NCBI GenBank assembly: GCA_009992505.1
Contig: JAACVI010000119.1
Span: 1 to 38,422, forward strand
DNA: 38,422 nt
Direction of reading: 5' to 3'
Origin: Myxococcales bacterium
GTDB taxonomy: Bacteria > Myxococcota_A > Polyangia > Polyangiales > Houyiibacteriaceae
Below are positions 26,652 through 38,422 of the stretch, piece after piece (within the stretch, counting starts at the first letter, position 1; each line of letters begins with the position of its first letter). Below the pieces are notes generated by a model. That model saw only the letters and a list, made by a program, of their open reading frames with translations. It did not search any database and had not been told where the DNA came from. Made by a program: the position numbers and the translations under genes.

Positions 26652-28346
26652 ATGCCGACGCGCGCGGAGATGTGGGAGCGACTGGGTTCGGACGTGGACG
26701 TGCTGGTCGTCGGAGGCGGCGTGACCGGCGCCGGCGTGGCGCGTGACGCGGCCCGACGTGGCCTCACGGTGGCGTTGGTGGAGCAGGACGATCTCGCCTA
26801 CGGCACCAGCAGCCGCTCGAGCAAGCTCGTGCACGGTGGTCTGCGCTACCTCGAGAGCTACGAGTTCGGTCTGGTCTTCGAGTCCGTCAGCGAGCGACGC
26901 ATCCTGATGGACCTCGCGCCGCACCTCGTGAACCCGCTGGGCTTCGTCTTCCCCGTCTACGCGGGATCCAAGCACAACCTCTTCATCATCAACGCGGGCA
27001 TGTGGCTGTACGACGGGCTCTCGCTCTTCCGCTCGCCCAAGATCCACAAGAAGCTGAAGCCTGCCGAGGTCGCCGTGCTCGAGCCGGTGCTGCGGCAAGA
27101 GGGGCTCGAGGGCGCGCCGCTCTACTACGATTGCTCCACGGACGACGCGCGCCTGACGCTCGAGACCGCGCTCGACGCCGCGGAAGAGGGGGCCGTCATC
27201 GCCACCTACGCCCGCGTCACGCACTTCCTCGAGGACGAGACGGGACGCATCACCGGAGCCGCGGTGAAGGACCGTTTCAGCGGCGAGGAGAAGGAGATCC
27301 ACGCCCACGCCGTGGTCAACGCCACCGGGCCTTGGACCGACCGCACCCTGGCCATGCGTCGCGGCGAAGTCGCCGACGACGCGAACCGCGGGCTCTTGCG
27401 CCCGACCAAGGGCGTGCACGTGGTCGTCGACGCCGAGAAGCTGCCGGTGCAGCACGCGGTCGTCTGCTTCCATCCCGAGGACTCGCGCGTGCTCTTCGCC
27501 ATCCCCTGGGGTGATCGCACCTACATCGGCACCACCGACACGGACTATCGCGGCGATCCCGGTGAGGTCGCGGCGACGGCTGCGGATGTGGACTACCTGC
27601 TGCAGGCGGCCAACACCTACTTCCCCCAGCACACGCTCGTGCCCGCGGACGTGATCTCGACCTGGGCGGGCTTGCGACCGTTGATGGCGCCCCCGAGCGA
27701 CGAGCACGGCGAGTCCATGAACGAGTCCGCCGTGAGCCGCGAGCATCGCATCATGGTCGGCGTCGGAGGGCTCGTCACCATCGCCGGCGGCAAGCTCACC
27801 ACCTATCGCCGCATGGCCGCGGAGGTGACGGATACGGTCGTGCGCCTGCTGCGCATCTCGGGTCATCTGCCCGAGGATCTCTCGGATCCGAAGACGGACT
27901 CCGCGCCGCTCGTGGGCGCCGTCGGTTGGCCCGAGGACGACGACCACGCCGCGGTGGCCGCGAAGGTGCGCGCCGCCTCCAAGGACGTGCTGCCCGAGGA
28001 CGTGGCGCGTCACCTGACGGATAGCTACGGCATGCGCGCCTTCACCTTGGCGGAGCTGTGCGCAGCCGACGCCAGCCTGGCCGAGCGCATCCTCCCCGGG
28101 CGACCCGAGACCTTCGTGCAGGTGGATTGGGCCGTGCACGAAGAGCTCGCCACCTCGCTCTCGGACGTGATGATCCGGCGCACCCAGCTCTACTATCGGG
28201 ACCACGATCAGGGGCTCGGCGTGGCCGAGGCCGTGGCCGAGCGCATGGCGGAGCGCCTGGGATGGGACGGTGCGCGTCGTAACGAGGAGCTCGGCCGCTA
28301 CCGCGCGGACGTCGCGCGTAGTCGCGCCTGGAAGCAGGAGGATTAG
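26652..28346 (+). CDS. glpD: FAD-dependent glycerol-3-phosphate dehydrogenase
   Basis: ATG 26652 preceded by GAGAGGAG. DVLVVGGGVTGAGVARDAA dinucleotide-binding motif, GTSSRSSKLVHGGLRYLE, ITIAGGKLTTYR and the C-terminal GlpD alpha-helical domain. Confidence 0.9.
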   Translation: MPTRAEMWERLGSDVDVLVVGGGVTGAGVARDAARRGLTVALVEQDDLAYGTSSRSSKLVHGGLRYLESYEFGLVFESVSERRILMDLAPHLVNPLGFVFPVYAGSKHNLFIINAGMWLYDGLSLFRSPKIHKKLKPAEVAVLEPVLRQEGLEGAPLYYDCSTDDARLTLETALDAAEEGAVIATYARVTHFLEDETGRITGAAVKDRFSGEEKEIHAHAVVNATGPWTDRTLAMRRGEVADDANRGLLRPTKGVHVVVDAEKLPVQHAVVCFHPEDSRVLFAIPWGDRTYIGTTDTDYRGDPGEVAATAADVDYLLQAANTYFPQHTLVPADVISTWAGLRPLMAPPSDEHGESMNESAVSREHRIMVGVGGLVTIAGGKLTTYRRMAAEVTDTVVRLLRISGHLPEDLSDPKTDSAPLVGAVGWPEDDDHAAVAAKVRAASKDVLPEDVARHLTDSYGMRAFTLAELCAADASLAERILPGRPETFVQVDWAVHEELATSLSDVMIRRTQLYYRDHDQGLGVAEAVAERMAERLGWDGARRNEELGRYRADVARSRAWKQED

Positions 28347-28368
28347 TCGACGGGCGCGCCCCGACTCG

Positions 28369-30315
28369 TCAGTCGCGGCGCAGCACGCGGTAGACCTCGA
28401 CCCTGACGCGTTCGGCGTCGTAGGGCAGGAGATCGTAGCTGGGCCGCGCCGGCAGATCGACGCCGCCGATGCGCTCGAGGCGCGCTCCGGCTTCGACCTC
28501 ACGGCACAGCGCCCCGCCCTCCGCGCTCTGACAGAGCGAGTCGTGCACGTAGAGCAGGCAAGGCGTTCGCACCACGAGGCTGTCGAGCTGCCCGGCGCCC
28601 TCCGCGGGCAGGTCGCGTCCGCGCTCGCCCGTGGCGGGCCGCGGCACGGCGTAGGCCGGTAGGCTCAGGACGCGCTGTCCGGCCCTGCGCACACCGGCGA
28701 CCCAACAGCCGGGTGGGGAATGGGCGAACTCGGTCGCTAAGAAGTCGTACTCGAGCTGCTCGGTGGTTGGCTCGAAGAGCCGGGGCACGTCTCGACCGAG
28801 CCACAGGGCCGCGCCGGCCGCGGCCACCGCGACGATGGGAAGGCGGCGCCACGGGCGCGGCCAGTAGGCGCTCACGCCCAGCGCGATGCCCGGAAGGTAG
28901 AGACGATCGAAGCTGGCCATCCAGACCGCGCTCTGGCCATAGACGCGGCGCGTGGCCAGGTCGGCGACCACGCTCGCGAAGGCGAGCAGCACGAGGGCCG
29001 CGGGTTTGGCGCGTCGGCGCAGCAGCAGGGCCGTCGCCGCCAGTACGAGCAGGGGCCAGCTCCCCACCCCTATGCCCATGGGCTCTGCGTGACCGCCGTG
29101 TTGGCGGGCCACGGCGAGACCGGCCATGAGCACGTCGCCGCTGAGCAGGAGGCTCGCGCCGCCGACGGAGAGCGTCGCTGCCAGCACCATCTTCAGGCGC
29201 TTGCGCAGGGCGTGGCTCGACCCGAAGGCGATCAACGGCGTGAGCGCGAGCGGGAGCCAGCTCACGGGGTGGGTGCGCGTCGCCTGCGCAGCGAACAGAC
29301 CCGCGGCCAGCAGTGCCCAGAACGCGCGGCTGCGTGCGCCATGCGCTTCATTGCGCACGGCCAGCGCCACGCCGAGGCCCGCGAGCAGGACCAAGCATGA
29401 CGAGCCGGGGAGGTAGCTCTCGCTCGCAGCGATGCGCACGGAGACGGGATCGAAGCATAGGACCAGGGCGGCGAAGAGCGCGCCCGCGCGGCGCATGTCG
29501 AGGGTCTCCGCCGGCCGGTAGACCAAGACCGGCACCAGCGCACCGAGGATCGCGTTGGCGACGAAGAGCGCGTGGTCGGGTCGCGCGAAGAGGCCCACCC
29601 AGGCGAAGAGCTCGTGGTAGCCGGGTCCGTAGAGCGAGAGCAGGGCCGAGCGCAGCGTGCCGCTGACCCACAGCGCTCCCTGGCCGTTGACGTGCAAGGG
29701 TCCCCACAACCCGAAGACGAGACGCAGCGCGAGACCGAGGGCGAACACGGACAGCGCGATGCGGCGGGATGGGCGTGGACCGATTCGTCGTCCCGTGCCA
29801 GCGAGCCACAGCGCCAACAGGCCGATCAGAAGATAGTAGGGCACGTCCCCCGCGGGGTCGCCTTCCGGCGCTGGCGCCGGGCGGTCTCCCATCAGCGCGG
29901 TGGCGGAGGTGGTCCGCCGGCCCAGGTAGTCGACCAGGCGCTCGAAGGCGGCCCGCTGGCCCGCGGGCAGCTCATTGTAGTCGGCGACCTCTACGATGGG
30001 TGAGATGCCGAGGATGCCCGCCCGCCGGAAGGACTCACCCGCCGGTCGCCGCAGCTCGATGTCGAGGGGCGCGGTGTGGTGTGGGAAGATGCGCAGGACG
30101 AGGCGCGGACCCTGGCATCGGATGAGGTCGAGCCGCGCGTCGATGGCCTGCGCAGCCCGCGTGACCGCGGCGCGCTGCGTGGCCTGGCAAGTGTCGGCCA
30201 CCGGTTGGGCCCGCGCGCGGCCGAGCAGGCCGAAGAGCAGCAGCGAGAGCAGGAGGCCCCACGTTCCCAGCCTCGCGGGGCGCGGCCCCCGGCTCGCTCG
30301 CGCCGACGGGTTCAG
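28369..30315 (-). CDS. polytopic integral membrane protein (possibly GT-C-like), start uncertain
   Basis: Signal-like RLGTWGLLLSLLLFGLLGRARA-QP, a soluble segment, then at least 10 hydrophobic segments. The only canonical in-frame start is GTG 30495, which overlaps the upstream gene by 184 nt and encodes junk-like sequence. CTG at 30315 overlaps the upstream TGA. The glycosyltransferase assignment is a guess. Confidence 0.6.
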   Translation of the reverse strand: MNPSARASRGPRPARLGTWGLLLSLLLFGLLGRARAQPVADTCQATQRAAVTRAAQAIDARLDLIRCQGPRLVLRIFPHHTAPLDIELRRPAGESFRRAGILGISPIVEVADYNELPAGQRAAFERLVDYLGRRTTSATALMGDRPAPAPEGDPAGDVPYYLLIGLLALWLAGTGRRIGPRPSRRIALSVFALGLALRLVFGLWGPLHVNGQGALWVSGTLRSALLSLYGPGYHELFAWVGLFARPDHALFVANAILGALVPVLVYRPAETLDMRRAGALFAALVLCFDPVSVRIAASESYLPGSSCLVLLAGLGVALAVRNEAHGARSRAFWALLAAGLFAAQATRTHPVSWLPLALTPLIAFGSSHALRKRLKMVLAATLSVGGASLLLSGDVLMAGLAVARQHGGHAEPMGIGVGSWPLLVLAATALLLRRRAKPAALVLLAFASVVADLATRRVYGQSAVWMASFDRLYLPGIALGVSAYWPRPWRRLPIVAVAAAGAALWLGRDVPRLFEPTTEQLEYDFLATEFAHSPPGCWVAGVRRAGQRVLSLPAYAVPRPATGERGRDLPAEGAGQLDSLVVRTPCLLYVHDSLCQSAEGGALCREVEAGARLERIGGVDLPARPSYDLLPYDAERVRVEVYRVLRRD

Positions 30316-30938
30316 CCGAGCTCGGGGTTCAGGCTGTAGGTCCCCATCAGCGTGGCCTGCGCCAGGACATGGTCCTTCATGGCGGCCCTCAACGCGGCCA
30401 CGTTCACGGCGCCTTCGAGCTCGAGCTCCGCGCGGTCGAGGGCGTAGAGCGTGAACTCGTAGTGGTGCAGGATCGAGTCGTTCCACGGAGGACACGGGCC
30501 GTCGTAGCCGAAGTAGTCGCCGGCCATGTCGGCATCTCCCGCGAACCAGCCCGTGTAGTCGTTGACGGCGTGGCGCATGCCCGACGGCGCGTCCGGTCCG
30601 GCCTTGCCGCGTGCCGTCACGCCGCGCGCCTGACTGCCTTCCTCGAGCCCGCGTGCCTGCGCGGGGATGTTCCAGAGCAGCCAGTGGATGAACTCGACGC
30701 GCGGCAGGTCCGAGGGCACTTCGCGGCCCTCCTTGTTGACGTCGTCGCCTCGGCTCGGGACGTCGCCGTCGCGGCAGATGAGCGCGAAGGAGCGCGTGCC
30801 TTCAGGCACCTCCGCCCACGTCAGTCCAGGGCTCACGTTGTCGGAGAAGGTGGCGTGCGTCGCGGGGTCGATGCGGCAGAAGGCGTGGGCCGCCGGGATC
30901 GTCTCCCCGTGTTCGAAGTTCGGGCTCTTGATCTGCAT
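30312..30938 (-). CDS. YbhB/YbcL-family (PEBP / Raf kinase inhibitor-like) protein
   Basis: SPGLTWAEVPEGTRSFALICRDGDVP, HWLLWNIP and YDGPCPP...HHYEFTLYALD are PEBP family signatures. Confidence 0.9.
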   Translation of the reverse strand: MQIKSPNFEHGETIPAAHAFCRIDPATHATFSDNVSPGLTWAEVPEGTRSFALICRDGDVPSRGDDVNKEGREVPSDLPRVEFIHWLLWNIPAQARGLEEGSQARGVTARGKAGPDAPSGMRHAVNDYTGWFAGDADMAGDYFGYDGPCPPWNDSILHHYEFTLYALDRAELELEGAVNVAALRAAMKDHVLAQATLMGTYSLNPELG

Positions 30939-31052
30939 GCTTCACCTCGGGCGCGACGATAGCGCCAGCGCATCGCTGGATCAAAGCATGCGGCGCCTGC
31001 GCGAGGATGCGTCGAGCTCTCCCGGACCTTGCGCCAGCCCGGCGCGGCGGCC

Positions 31053-32342
31053 ATGAACCACGGCATGCACAGCTTCGATCCCGCCGAAGCGGCCGCTCTC
31101 GTTCCTTCGAGGGGCCGCGTCTATGTCCACGAAGCGGCCATGGCACCGGTCTCCTTGCTCGAGGCGTTGGCGGCTCGGGCCCATGACCTCGAGGACGTCG
31201 AGATCGTGCACCTGCACACCAACGCGCCGGCGCCCTACACGGACGAGGCGTGCGCGGGGCACCTGCGGCACAACGCGCTCTTCGTCGGGCCCAACACGCG
31301 CGAGGCGGTCGCCGCCGGCCGCGCGGACTTCACGCCCGTCTTCCTCTCGGAGGTCGAGAGCCTGTTCCGCGACGGTGGCAGCATGCCCATCGACGTGGCC
31401 TTCTTGCAGCTCTCGCCGCCGGATCGGCACGGCTTCTGTCGCCTGGGCACGAGCGTCTCGTGCGCGCGCGCCGCGGCGGACCACGCGCGCCTGGTGGTGG
31501 CCGAGATCAACCCCAGGGTCCCGCGCACCTCGGGCAACACCGCCGTCCACGTCAGCCGCATCACGGCGGCCGTCGAGGTGGACAGGCCTTTGCCCGAGCA
31601 TCATCAGGCGCCTTTCGGCGAGGTCGAGCGTGCCATCGGCCGCAACGTCGCCGAGCTCGTGCCCGAGGGCGCCACCCTGCAGATGGGCATCGGTCGCATC
31701 CCCGACGCCGTGCTCGCGGCCCTGAGCGATCATCGCGATCTCGGTGTGCACACGGAGATGTTCAGCGACGGCCTCTTGGCGCTGATCGAGAGCGGCGTGG
31801 TGAACAATCGCAAGAAGAGCCGCTTCGAGAACCGCGCCGTGGCCTCCTTCGCCATGGGCACGAAGGCGCTCTACGACTTCGTGCACGACAACCCCATCGT
31901 CGAGTTCCACGCCTCCCACATGGTCAACGACCCGAACGAGATCGGGAAGCAGTACCGCATGGTCGCCATCAACTCGGCCATCGAGATCGACCTCACGGGT
32001 CAGGTCTGCGCCGACTCCATCGGCGAGCGCATCCACAGCGGCATCGGGGGTCAGATGGACTTCGTCCAGGGCGCCGTGCGCTCTCGCGATGGCAAGGCGA
32101 TCCTGGCGCTGCCGTCGACGGCTCTGGGTGGCAAGGCCTCACGCATCGTGCCGAGGTTGGCGCCAGGCGCTGGCGTCGTCACCACGCGCGGCCACGTGCA
32201 ATGGGTCGTGACCGAGATCGGCGCCGTGAACTTGCACGGGCGCACCCTGCGCGATCGCGCGCGCTTGCTGATCAGCATCGCTCACCCGGACTTCCGCGAA
32301 GGACTCGAGCGCGAAGCCTACGAGCGCTTCCACTGCCGGTGA
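31053..32342 (+). CDS. acetyl-CoA hydrolase/transferase family protein (4-hydroxybutyrate CoA-transferase-like)
   Basis: ATG 31053 (TTG 31029 alternative). ADFTPVFLSEV, GATLQMGIGRIPDAV, VHTEMFSDG and SGIGGQMDF motifs. Confidence 0.9.
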   Translation: MNHGMHSFDPAEAAALVPSRGRVYVHEAAMAPVSLLEALAARAHDLEDVEIVHLHTNAPAPYTDEACAGHLRHNALFVGPNTREAVAAGRADFTPVFLSEVESLFRDGGSMPIDVAFLQLSPPDRHGFCRLGTSVSCARAAADHARLVVAEINPRVPRTSGNTAVHVSRITAAVEVDRPLPEHHQAPFGEVERAIGRNVAELVPEGATLQMGIGRIPDAVLAALSDHRDLGVHTEMFSDGLLALIESGVVNNRKKSRFENRAVASFAMGTKALYDFVHDNPIVEFHASHMVNDPNEIGKQYRMVAINSAIEIDLTGQVCADSIGERIHSGIGGQMDFVQGAVRSRDGKAILALPSTALGGKASRIVPRLAPGAGVVTTRGHVQWVVTEIGAVNLHGRTLRDRARLLISIAHPDFREGLEREAYERFHCR

Positions 32343-32364
32343 GTCGCGGGCTTCGAGCGAGACG

Positions 32365-32972
32365 TCAGGTGAGTCCGGGCAGGCGCACGCGCAGGACCAA
32401 CGCGCCGTCGGCGACCTCGAGGGCATCGAGGCTGAGCGCGTCGAGGGCCATGGTCATGGCACGGGGCGCGCGACGCAGGCTGGGCAGGCTGCGCAGATCG
32501 ACGCGCAGCTGACCGGGGCCGTCGCGCTCGGTCAGCGCCGCCTCGCCCTCCTCGGCGCCGTGGACGGCCACGGCGAAGAGGGTGTGCGCCACTAGGCCCG
32601 CGAGGCTGCCCACCAGCGCCTTCGCGGGGGCGCGATGGGCGAGCTCCTCGGGCACGACGCGGAAGCTCAGCTCCTTGGCGCCACGGGCGGCGAAGTGGGC
32701 CGACGCGGGCTCGATGGCCAGCTCCAGGGACTCGCCGTTCTCGAGCGTGGCGTGGATGCGGATGGCGCCGCCCGAAGCTGCCGCGGAAAGAGAAGCGATG
32801 CCTTCGGCGCGGGCCAGGCAGGCGGTGATGCGAGCCTCGGTGATGGGCACGCGACCGTCGCGCAGGCTGCGAAGGCGCTCGCGGATCTCCGCCAGCGGGC
32901 CGAGCGTGCGCAGACGCGCGCGTGTCCCGTCGCCGGCCGCGCGCAGCAGACTTCGGAGCACGTCCAGGCGGC

Positions 32973-32976
<4 letters not shown>
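32365..32976 (-). CDS. hypothetical protein (203 aa) coupled to the upstream radical SAM gene
   Basis: ATG 32976 overlaps the radical SAM TGA as ATGA (32976-32973). It is the tail of track ORF 32365..33396. Protein-like composition. No family recognised. Confidence 0.6.
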
Positions 32977-35789
<2,813 letters not shown>

Positions 35790-35858
35790 GCCCTGCGTCT
35801 GCGGTCGAGGGGGGAAGCTGTCAAGGCCGCGGCGTTGGGACCCAGCGCGCCGAGGCCC

Positions 35859-35901
35859 AAAAACGCGACACGCGCCAGGCCCGAGGGCGCTGACGCGTGT
35901 C
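35859..35901 (-). terminator. intrinsic terminator of the outer-membrane protein gene
   Basis: Minus strand reads gacacgcgtcag...ctggcgcgtgtc (12-bp stem with one G-U) followed by gcgttttt. Lies 34 nt after the 35935 stop. Confidence 0.7.
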
Positions 35902-35934
35902 TGCGAGGGCGAGCCGCGCGAGGCGGCGACGCGG

Positions 35935-36879
35935 TCAGAAGTAGTAGTTGATGCGAATCATGCCGTTGACGATGTCGTTCGCGAACGTCGTCACGCCGAA
36001 GGTGGACTCGCTCTCCCCGATGCCACCCGCAGGCAGGTCCACCGAGTCCGCCGCGCTGCCGCTGCGGTACTGGATGCCCAGGCCGACCGTGCCCTGAAGC
36101 GAGAGCTGGGGCAGGCCCCAGAAGCCGAAGTGGACCTCGCCGCCGATGCGCACGCCGAGCTTGAAGTCGATGGTGCTGAGCGTGATGTCTTGGTTCGCGT
36201 CCCCGGGGTTCACGATCATCTTCGCCGAGCCGTAGCCGAAGTCGATCTCGGGGATCAGCAGCGCGGCGAAGTGGCCCGAGTGGGCCAGAGCCACGGGCAG
36301 CCCGACGTGGAGTCCGAGGGCGAAGACGCTGCTCAGACCTGGGAGCACGACGCTGTCGCCGGTGGTCTCCTTGCTGGTGCTGATGGAGCCGATGCCCAGG
36401 CCGAGGCCCGCTTCGAAGGCGAGGGAGTCGCTGAGCCAGGTGCGGATGCCGATGGTCGGCGCGTGGATGTCCACGGAGTGGCCGGCTGCGGTCACGCCCG
36501 CCGTGAGGTTCTCGACCCCGAAGAGCGAGACGCCGAGGTGGCCGACCAGCTGGGAGTGGTCGTCGCCGCCCGCGGGGGACGAGACGCCGGGCTGCTCACC
36601 ACCCATGGCCGGGGGGCGCTCGGGCTGGCTGCCGAGCCACGCGGGCTGCTGGGCCGCTGCCGGCGGCGGCTGCTGCTGCCAGGCGTTGGCCTGGGGCTGG
36701 GGCTGGGGCTGGACCTGCGGAGGGGGCGGTTGCGGCTGCGCGGGCGGGGGCGGCTGCCACTGACCGGTGTCCCCGGTTTCAGGGTCGATCTGGGCGTGCG
36801 CGAGGGTCGAGGCCAAGGGCAAGCCGCCCAGGGCGAGAACGCTGACCAACAGCGTGAGGGATTTCATCCAGCTCTTCAT
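35935..36879 (-). CDS. outer-membrane beta-barrel protein with Pro/Gln-rich N-terminal linker
   Basis: ATG 36879 preceded by GGAGGA. Signal peptide MKSWMKSLTLLVSVLALGGLPLASTLAHA-Q. QPPPPAQPQPPPPQVQPQPQPQ linker. Alternating-hydrophobic strands and a C-terminal ...RINYYF aromatic terminus. Confidence 0.75.
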   Translation of the reverse strand: MKSWMKSLTLLVSVLALGGLPLASTLAHAQIDPETGDTGQWQPPPPAQPQPPPPQVQPQPQPQANAWQQQPPPAAAQQPAWLGSQPERPPAMGGEQPGVSSPAGGDDHSQLVGHLGVSLFGVENLTAGVTAAGHSVDIHAPTIGIRTWLSDSLAFEAGLGLGIGSISTSKETTGDSVVLPGLSSVFALGLHVGLPVALAHSGHFAALLIPEIDFGYGSAKMIVNPGDANQDITLSTIDFKLGVRIGGEVHFGFWGLPQLSLQGTVGLGIQYRSGSAADSVDLPAGGIGESESTFGVTTFANDIVNGMIRINYYF

Positions 36880-37283
36880 GGCGTTCCTCCGAGGAAGCGG
36901 CGCAGGAGAAAGCGCGCGCCGACGGCGGGCCATACCACAAGAATTGCCGTCGGGGCCAGAGTGGGAGGAGAGGCTCGTCACGGCCTCGCTCGAATCACCC
37001 GTGGCGCCAAGGAGTGCCCGCGCTGCGGCGGCGAGATGCACGACCAGCGTGTGGCCGCGACCTTGGCGGAGGGCGAACTCTACTCGATGGATCCCTGAGT
37101 CCACTCAGCGTCCAGGCATGGCGGGCGGCAGACGGACCACGCGGGCCAGCGCGCCTTCGTGCTATGTGAGGGCTGCGTGACTCGCTTCGAATGCACTCGA
37201 CCCCCCATGTGCGCAGGCGACGAGCCCCGCGTTGGACCGGGGTGCCGTTCGGGCCCGGCACGCTTCCGAGAGGTAGTCGATCC

Positions 37284-38422
37284 ATGACCCATTCCCTCCC
37301 TGTCTTTCGGCTCACGCCTCTGCGCGATCAGCAACGAGAGGCCGTCCTGAAGGCGTTCTCGCAGCTCCTCGGTGTCAGGCCCGTCGAGTTCGAGGACCGG
37401 AACGCACACCGCGCCGGAGAGGAGCTGGATCCCTGGTCCTTCCTCCTGACCACGCCGATCGGCCTCGGCGTGGAGCTGGCCTCGCCCTCGGGCGGACAGT
37501 CCTTCGCGTCCGGTCAGGCGCTCACGCTCTCGTATCGAAAGCTACCGGACGGGAGGGATGCCTTTCAGTCTCCGCCGCACCGCCAACAGCTCGAGCAGCT
37601 CGCCCAGCGCGTGCGCGCGCTGAGCGTCGAGGACACCCGCGCGGCTTCCGAAGTCCTCGCGCTCTGGCGCAGCTTCGAAGAGACCGACGACTACATGTTC
37701 GTGCAGGTTCGACGCGGCGTGAACGGCATCGTGCGCCTCGGATTTCGCTGCAACCAGAACTGCGGCTTCTGCTGGCAGGGTCGCGACTGGCCCGATCCGC
37801 CCATGGGCTTGGTCCGCACCTGGCTGGACGAGATGGCCGCGCAGGGCATCGAGCGCGTGAGCATCAGCGGCGGCGAACCGACGCTGTACAAGGACCTCGC
37901 TGTCACCATCGCGCACGCCCGCGGGCTGGGCATGGCCGTGGCGCTTCAGACCAACGCCATCCGCATGGCCAAGCCCGCCTACCTCGACACCCTGGTCGAG
38001 GCCGGCCTGAACTCCGCCTTCGTCTCCTTCCACTCCGCCGATCCAGAAGTCTCCGACATCATGACGCGCGCGCCGCGGACCCATGGCTCGACCGTGGCCG
38101 GGATCGAGAACCTGCTGCGGGCGGGCGTCGAAGTGCAGATCAACTGCGTCGTCGAGGAGCGCAACTACCAGAGGCTCGCGCACCACGCTTCGATGGTCGT
38201 CGAGCGCTTCGTGCGGCCCTTTCCAGACCACCCCGTGGAGCACGTGGAGTACTCCCATCCCGCGATGTCTCACGACCCGTCCTTCTTCGAGCAGATGCTG
38301 GTTCCCCTCGATCTCGTGAAGCCTCACCTCGTGGCGGCCGTGCGCGCGCTCGAGGAAGCGGACGTCCAAGTCACCGCCATCGGGACCTGCGGATTCCCGC
38401 CCTGCCTGCTCGCCGACGTGCC
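37284..38422 (+). CDS. radical SAM domain protein with about 150-aa N-terminal extension (3' end beyond window)
   Basis: Not in the supplied ORF track because it has no stop inside the window. ATG 37284 is preceded by GAGAGG about 10 nt upstream. The frame is open for 379 codons with G/C-rich third positions. GFRCNQNCGFCWQ (CxxxCxxC), SISGGEPTL and LQTNA motifs. Late Cys pair GTCGFPPC. Confidence 0.8.
   Translation, partial: MTHSLPVFRLTPLRDQQREAVLKAFSQLLGVRPVEFEDRNAHRAGEELDPWSFLLTTPIGLGVELASPSGGQSFASGQALTLSYRKLPDGRDAFQSPPHRQQLEQLAQRVRALSVEDTRAASEVLALWRSFEETDDYMFVQVRRGVNGIVRLGFRCNQNCGFCWQGRDWPDPPMGLVRTWLDEMAAQGIERVSISGGEPTLYKDLAVTIAHARGLGMAVALQTNAIRMAKPAYLDTLVEAGLNSAFVSFHSADPEVSDIMTRAPRTHGSTVAGIENLLRAGVEVQINCVVEERNYQRLAHHASMVVERFVRPFPDHPVEHVEYSHPAMSHDPSFFEQMLVPLDLVKPHLVAAVRALEEADVQVTAIGTCGFPPCLLADV

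Noticed and set aside
37096-37098. In-frame TGA between the two CxxC half-sites as a selenocysteine or programmed read-through codon.
   Set aside because: No SECIS-like hairpin immediately downstream that I can see, no selenoprotein context, and weak coding signal in the second half.

Overview
Very GC-rich bacterial chromosomal segment with strong G/C preference at third codon positions. As a result, almost every real gene has a long Arg/Pro/Gly-rich shadow ORF on the opposite strand in the track. By inference it is Myxococcota-like: lipobox lipoproteins with low-complexity D/G/T/P linkers, several cNMP-binding proteins, a type IV prepilin peptidase. I support about 35 protein-coding genes, mostly housekeeping: pilD-like peptidase, proB-proA-rsfS-rlmH, a ComF-family protein, smpB, thrC, glk, ruvX-mltG, cysC, glpD, a CoA-transferase and a PEBP-family protein. 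I found no rRNA, tRNA, tmRNA or genuine CRISPR array. Five places do not look like plain housekeeping. (1) A RAYT/IS200-like HUH-Tyr transposase homologue (10867-12309, minus) has a long unassigned C-terminal half. It abuts a 261-bp composite repeat array (12271-12531) that superficially mimics a mini-CRISPR and supplies the last codons and stop of the neighbouring glycosyltransferase gene. (2) An open-ended radical SAM gene starts at 37284 and is absent from the ORF track because it runs off the window. It is preceded by a 404-bp spacer carrying Cys-containing mini-ORFs, one ending in an ATGA overlap with the radical SAM start. (3) thrC, a hidden 59-aa membrane micro-ORF and a lipoprotein gene are chained by overlapping stop/start codons, and the lipoprotein gene changes reading frame near 8880. 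(4) Two lipoprotein genes have codon-aligned 15-bp tandem repeats in their linkers. (5) There are unusual domain fusions: cNMP-binding plus uridine-kinase-like, and a fused two-part radical SAM protein. I cannot demonstrate a defined new multi-gene system from sequence alone. The transposase-plus-repeat module and the truncated radical SAM locus are the best candidates for follow-up.
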